Source: Eledone cirrhosa (taxonomy: Eukaryota). Taken from it: a stretch of 64,000 nt of DNA. Each line of letters begins with the position of its first letter. The stretch's first letter is position 1. The stretch is taken from assembly GCA_964016885.1 (NCBI GenBank), contig OZ024741.1:232314001-232378000 (forward strand), in the 5' to 3' direction. The notes beneath the pieces are model-generated. The model saw only the letters and a list, made by a program, of their open reading frames with translations. It was not told the DNA's origin and did no database searches. A program made the translations under genes and the position numbers. Below, in pieces: positions 59,201 to 64,000 of the stretch.

Positions 59201-62200
59201 ATCAGTTGGATATTCTCTGGATAGTATCATACCTTATAAGTTGGATATTCCATGGATAGTATCATACCTTATCAGTTAGATATTCCATGGATAGTATCAT
59301 ACCTTATCAGTTAGATATTCTCTGGATAGTATCATACCTTATCAGTTAGATATTCTCTGGATAGTATCATACCTCATCAGTTGGATATTATCTGGATAGT
59401 ATCATACCTTATCAGTTAGATATTCTCTGGATAGTATCATACCTTATAAGTTGGATATTCTCTGTATAGTATCATACCTTATCAATTGGATATTCTCTGT
59501 ATAGTATCATGCCTTATCGGTTGGACATTTTCTGGATAGTACCATACCTTATCAGTTGGATATTCTCTGTATAGTATCATACCTTATCAGTTGGATATTC
59601 TCTGTATAGTATCATACCTTATCAATTGGATATTCTCTGTATAGTATCATGCCTTATCAGTTGGACATTTTCTGGATAGTATCATACCTTATCAGTTGGA
59701 TATTCTCTGTATAGTATCATACCTCATCAGTTGGATATTCTCTGTATAGTATCATACCTTATCAATTGGATATTCGCTGTATAGTATCATGCCTTATCAG
59801 TTGGACATTTTCTGGATAGTATCCTACCTTATCAGTTGGATATTCTCTGTATAGTATCATACCTTATCAGTTAGATATTCTCTGGATAGTATCATACCTT
59901 ATCAGTTAGATATTCTCTGGATAGTATCATACCTTATCAGTTGGATATTCTCTGGATAGTATCATACCTTATCAGTTGGATATTCTCTGGATAGTATCAT
60001 ACCTTATCAGTTGGATATTCTCTGGACAGTATCATACCTTATCAGTTGGATATTCTCTGGATAGTATTATACCTTATCAGTTGGATATTCTCTGGATAGT
60101 ATCATACCTTATCAGTTAGATATTCTCTGGATAGTATCATACCTTATCAGTTGGATATTCTCTGGATAGTATCATACCTTATCAGTTAGATATTCTCTGG
60201 ATAGTATCATACCTTATCAGTTGGATATTCTCTGGATAGTATCATACCTTATCAGTTGGATATTCTCTGGATAGTATCATACCTTATCAGTTGGATATTC
60301 TCTGGATAGTATCATACCTTATCAGTTGGATATTCTCTGGATAGTATCATACCTTATCAGTTTGATATTCTCTGAATAGTATCATACCTTATCAGTTAGA
60401 TATTCTCTGGATAGTATCATACCTTATCAGTTAGATATTCTCTGTATAGTATCATACCTTATCAGTTAGATATTCTCTGGATAGTATCATGCCTTATCAG
60501 TTAGATATTCTCTGTATAGTATCATACCTTATCAGTTGGATATTCTCTGGATAGTATCATACCTTATCAGTTGGATATTCTCTAGATAGTATCATGCCTT
60601 ATATGTTGGATATTCTCTGGATAGTATCATACCTTATCAGTTGGATATTCTCTGGATAGTATCATGCCTAATAAGTTGGATATTCTCTGGATAATATCAT
60701 ACCTTATATGTTGGATATTCTCTGAATAGTATCATACCTTATCAGTTAGATATTCTCTGGATAGTATCATACCTTATCAGTTAGATATTCTCTGTATAGT
60801 ATCATACCTTATCAGTTGTATATTCTCTGTATAGTATCATACCTTTTCAGTTAGATATTCTCTGTATAGTATCATACCTTATCAGTTAGATATTCTCTGG
60901 ATAGTATCATACCTTATCAGTTGGATATCCTCTGGATAGTATCATACCTTATCTGTTGGATATTCTCTGGATAGTATCATACCTTATCAGTTGGATATTC
61001 TCTGGATAGTATCATACCTTATCAGTTGGATATTCTCTGTATAGTATCATACCTTATCAGTTAGATATTCCCTATATAGTATCATACCTTATCAGTTAGA
61101 TATTTTCTGGATAGTATCATACCTTATCAGTTGGATATTCTCTGGATAGTATCATACCTTATCAGTTGGATATTCTCTGTATAGTATCATACCTTATCAG
61201 TTGGATATTCTCTGGATAGTATCATACCTTATCAGTTGGATATTCTCTGGATAGTATCATACCTTATCAGTTGGATATTCTCTGTATAGTATCATACCTT
61301 ATCAGTTAGATATTCTCTGTATAGTATCATACCTTATTAGTTAGATATTTGCTGGATAGTATCATACCTTATCAGTTGGATATTCTCTGTATAGTATCAT
61401 ACCTTATCAGTTGGGTATTCTCTGGATAGTATCATACCTTATCAGTTGGATATTTTCAGGATAGTATCATACCTTATCAGTTGGATATTCTCTGGATAGT
61501 ATCATACCTTATCAGTTAGATATTTTCAGGATAGTATCATACCTTATCAGTTGGATATTCTCTGGATAGTATCATACCTTATCAGTTCGATATTCTCTGG
61601 ATAGTATCATACCTTATCAGTTGGATATTCTCTGGATAGTATTATACCTTATCAGTTGGATATTCTCTGTGTAGTATCATACATTATCAGTTGGATATTC
61701 TCTGTATAGTATCATACCTTATCAGCTAGATATTCTCTGGATAGTATCATACCTTATAAGTTGGATATTCCATGGATAGTATCATAGCTTATCAGTTGGA
61801 TATCCTCTGTATAGTATCATACCTTATCAGTTAGATATTCTCTGGATAGTATCATTCCTTATAAGTTGGATATTCCATGGATAGTATCACACCTTATCAG
61901 TTAGATATTCCATGGATAGTATCATACCTTATCAGTTAGATATTCTCTGGATAGTATCATACCTTATCAGTTAGATATTCTCTGGATAGTATCATACCTT
62001 ATCAGTTGGATATTATCTGGATAGTATCATACCTTATCAGTTAGATATTCTCTGGATAGTATCATACCTTATAAGTTGGATATTCTCTGTATAGTATCAT
62101 ACCTTATCAATTGGATATTCTCTGTATAGTATCATGCCTTATCAGTTGGACATTTTCTGGATAGTATCATACCTTATCAGTTGGATATTCTCTGTATAGT

Positions 62201-63545
62201 ATCAGACCTTATCAGTTGGATATTCTCTGTATAGTATCATACCTTATCAATTGGATATTCTCTGTATAGTATCATGCCTTATCAGTTGGACATTTTCTGG
62301 ATAGTATCATACCTTATCAGTTGGATATTCTCTGTATAGTATCATACCTTATCAGTTGGATATTTTCTGTATAGTATCATACCTTATCAATTGGATATTC
62401 TCTGGATAGTATCATACCTCATCAGTTGGATATTCTCTGGATAGTATCATACCTTATCAGTTGGATATTCTCTGGATAGTATCATACCTTATCAGTTAGA
62501 TATTCTCTGGATATTATGATACCTTATATGTTGGATATTCTCTGGATAGTATCATACCTTATCAGTTAGATATTCTCTGGATAGTATCATACATTATCAG
62601 TTGGACATTTTCAGGATAGTATCATACCTTATCAGTTGGATATTCTCTGGATAGTATCATACCTTATCAGTTGGATATTCTCTGGATAGTATCATAACTT
62701 ATCAGTTTGATATTCTCTGGATAGTATCATACCTTATCAGTTAGATATTCTCTGGATAGTATCATACCTTATCAGTTGGATATTCTCTGGATAGTATCAT
62801 ACCTTATCAGTTCGATATTCTCTGGATAGTATCATACCTTATCAGTTGGATATTCTCTGGATAGTATCATACCTTATAAGTTGGATATTCCATGGATAGT
62901 ATCATACCTCATCAGTTAGATATTCCATGGATAGTATCATACCTTATCAGTTAGATATTCTCTGGATAGTATCATACCTTATCAGTTAGATATTCTCTGG
63001 ATAGTATCATACCTCATCAGTTGGATATTATCTGGATAGTATCATACCTTATCAGTTAGATATTCTCTGGATAGTATCATACCTTATAAGTTGGATATTC
63101 TCTGTATAGTATCATACCTTATCAATTGGATATTCTCTGTATAGTATCATGCCTTATCGGTTGGACATTTTCTGGATAGTACCATACCTTATCAGTTGGA
63201 TATTCTCTGTATAGTATCATACCTTATCAGTTGGATATTCTCTGTATAGTATCATACCTTATCAATTGGATATTCTCTGTATAGTATCATGCCTTATCAG
63301 TTGGACATTTTCTGGATAGTATCATACCTTATCAGTTGGATATTCTCTGTATAGTATCATACCTCATCAGTTGGATATTCTCTGTATAGTATCATACCTT
63401 ATCAATTGGATATTCGCTGTATAGTATCATGCCTTATCAGTTGGACATTTTCTGGATAGTATCCTACCTTATCAGTTGGATATTCTCTGTATAGTATCAT
63501 ACCTTATCAGTTAGATATTCTCTGGATAGTATCATACCTTATCAG
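56190..63545. repeat. Near-perfect tandem duplication of a 104-monomer (3640 bp) unit
   Basis: Private variants recur at an exact 3640 offset: TCTAGA 56941/60581, TTGGGTATTC 57771/61411, ATCAGACCTT 58561/62201, ATCCTACCTT 59821/63461. Confidence 0.93.
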
Positions 63546-64000
63546 TTGGATATTCTCTGTATAGTATCATACCTTATCAGTTAGATATTCTCTGGATAGT
63601 ATCATACCTTATCAGTTAGATATTCTCTGGATAGTATCATACCTTATATGTTGGATATTCTCTGGATAGTATCATACCTTATCAGTTAGATATTCTCTGG
63701 ATAGTATCATACATTATCAGTTGGACATTTTCAGGATAGTATCATTCCTTATCAGTTGGATATTCTCTGGATAGTATCATACCTTATCAGTTGGATATTC
63801 TCTGGATAGTATCATAACTTATCAGTTTGATATTCTCTGGATAGTATCATACCTTATCAGTTAGATATTCTCTGGATAGTATCATACCTAATCAGTTGGA
63901 TATTCTCTGGATAGTATCATACCTTATCAGTTAGATATTCTCTGGATAGTATCATACCTTATCAGTTGGATATTCTCTGGATAGTATCATACCTTATCAG

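Larger units (their letters stand above)
1..64000. repeat. 35-bp satellite tandem array, about 1,828 head-to-tail monomers, consensus GGATATTCTCTGGATAGTATCATACCTTATCAGTT; runs to both window edges
   Basis: Seen directly: monomers start at 1, 36, 71 and so on. 64000 minus 22 one-base insertions = 1827x35 + 33, which matches the 33-nt partial monomer at the end. Most monomers differ from consensus at 0-3 positions. The commonest polymorphisms are position 1 G/A and position 13 G/T. Confidence 0.99.

Noticed and set aside
1-64000. CRISPR array (35-bp repeat length, weak dyad symmetry)
   Set aside because: Repeats are directly adjacent with no unique spacers, and no leader or cas genes are present.
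1-64000. Telomeric repeat array or plasmid/viral iterons
   Set aside because: G and C are equal on each strand with no G-rich telomere motif, the unit is longer than typical telomere repeats, and there is no rep gene while the array far exceeds iteron clusters.
1-64000. Pure sequencing or rolling-circle artefact
   Set aside because: Rare variants recur in ordered, hierarchically nested blocks, which random error on one template would not produce. Local misassembly cannot be excluded.
1-64000. A single regular higher-order repeat as in canonical alpha-satellite arrays
   Set aside because: Marker spacings vary from 14 to 199 monomers, and no one period holds across the window.

Overview
The whole 64,000-bp window is one uninterrupted, head-to-tail tandem array of a 35-bp monomer, consensus GGATATTCTCTGGATAGTATCATACCTTATCAGTT (12/35 G+C). 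By register counting there are 1,828 monomers (the last lacks 2 nt), with 22 single-base insertions and no register-shifting deletions. I see no unique sequence, spacers, inversions, transposon insertions, RNA genes or credible protein genes. It looks like eukaryotic satellite DNA, possibly centromeric, pericentromeric or subtelomeric, but neither organism nor location can be determined from the sequence. The information is in the variant monomers. They reveal nested, irregular higher-order duplications (2, 6, 10-14, 37, 40, 59, 65, 93-100, 104 and about 232 monomers) and a layered layout in which both ends share variants missing from the middle. The monomer carries an extended GATA-factor site (ACTGATAAGG) on the minus strand and has internal ~11-bp subrepeats and dyads. 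The three supplied ORFs are by-products of stop-removing variants inside a duplicated block. I found no gene-based novel system. All counts were made by eye and should be confirmed computationally.
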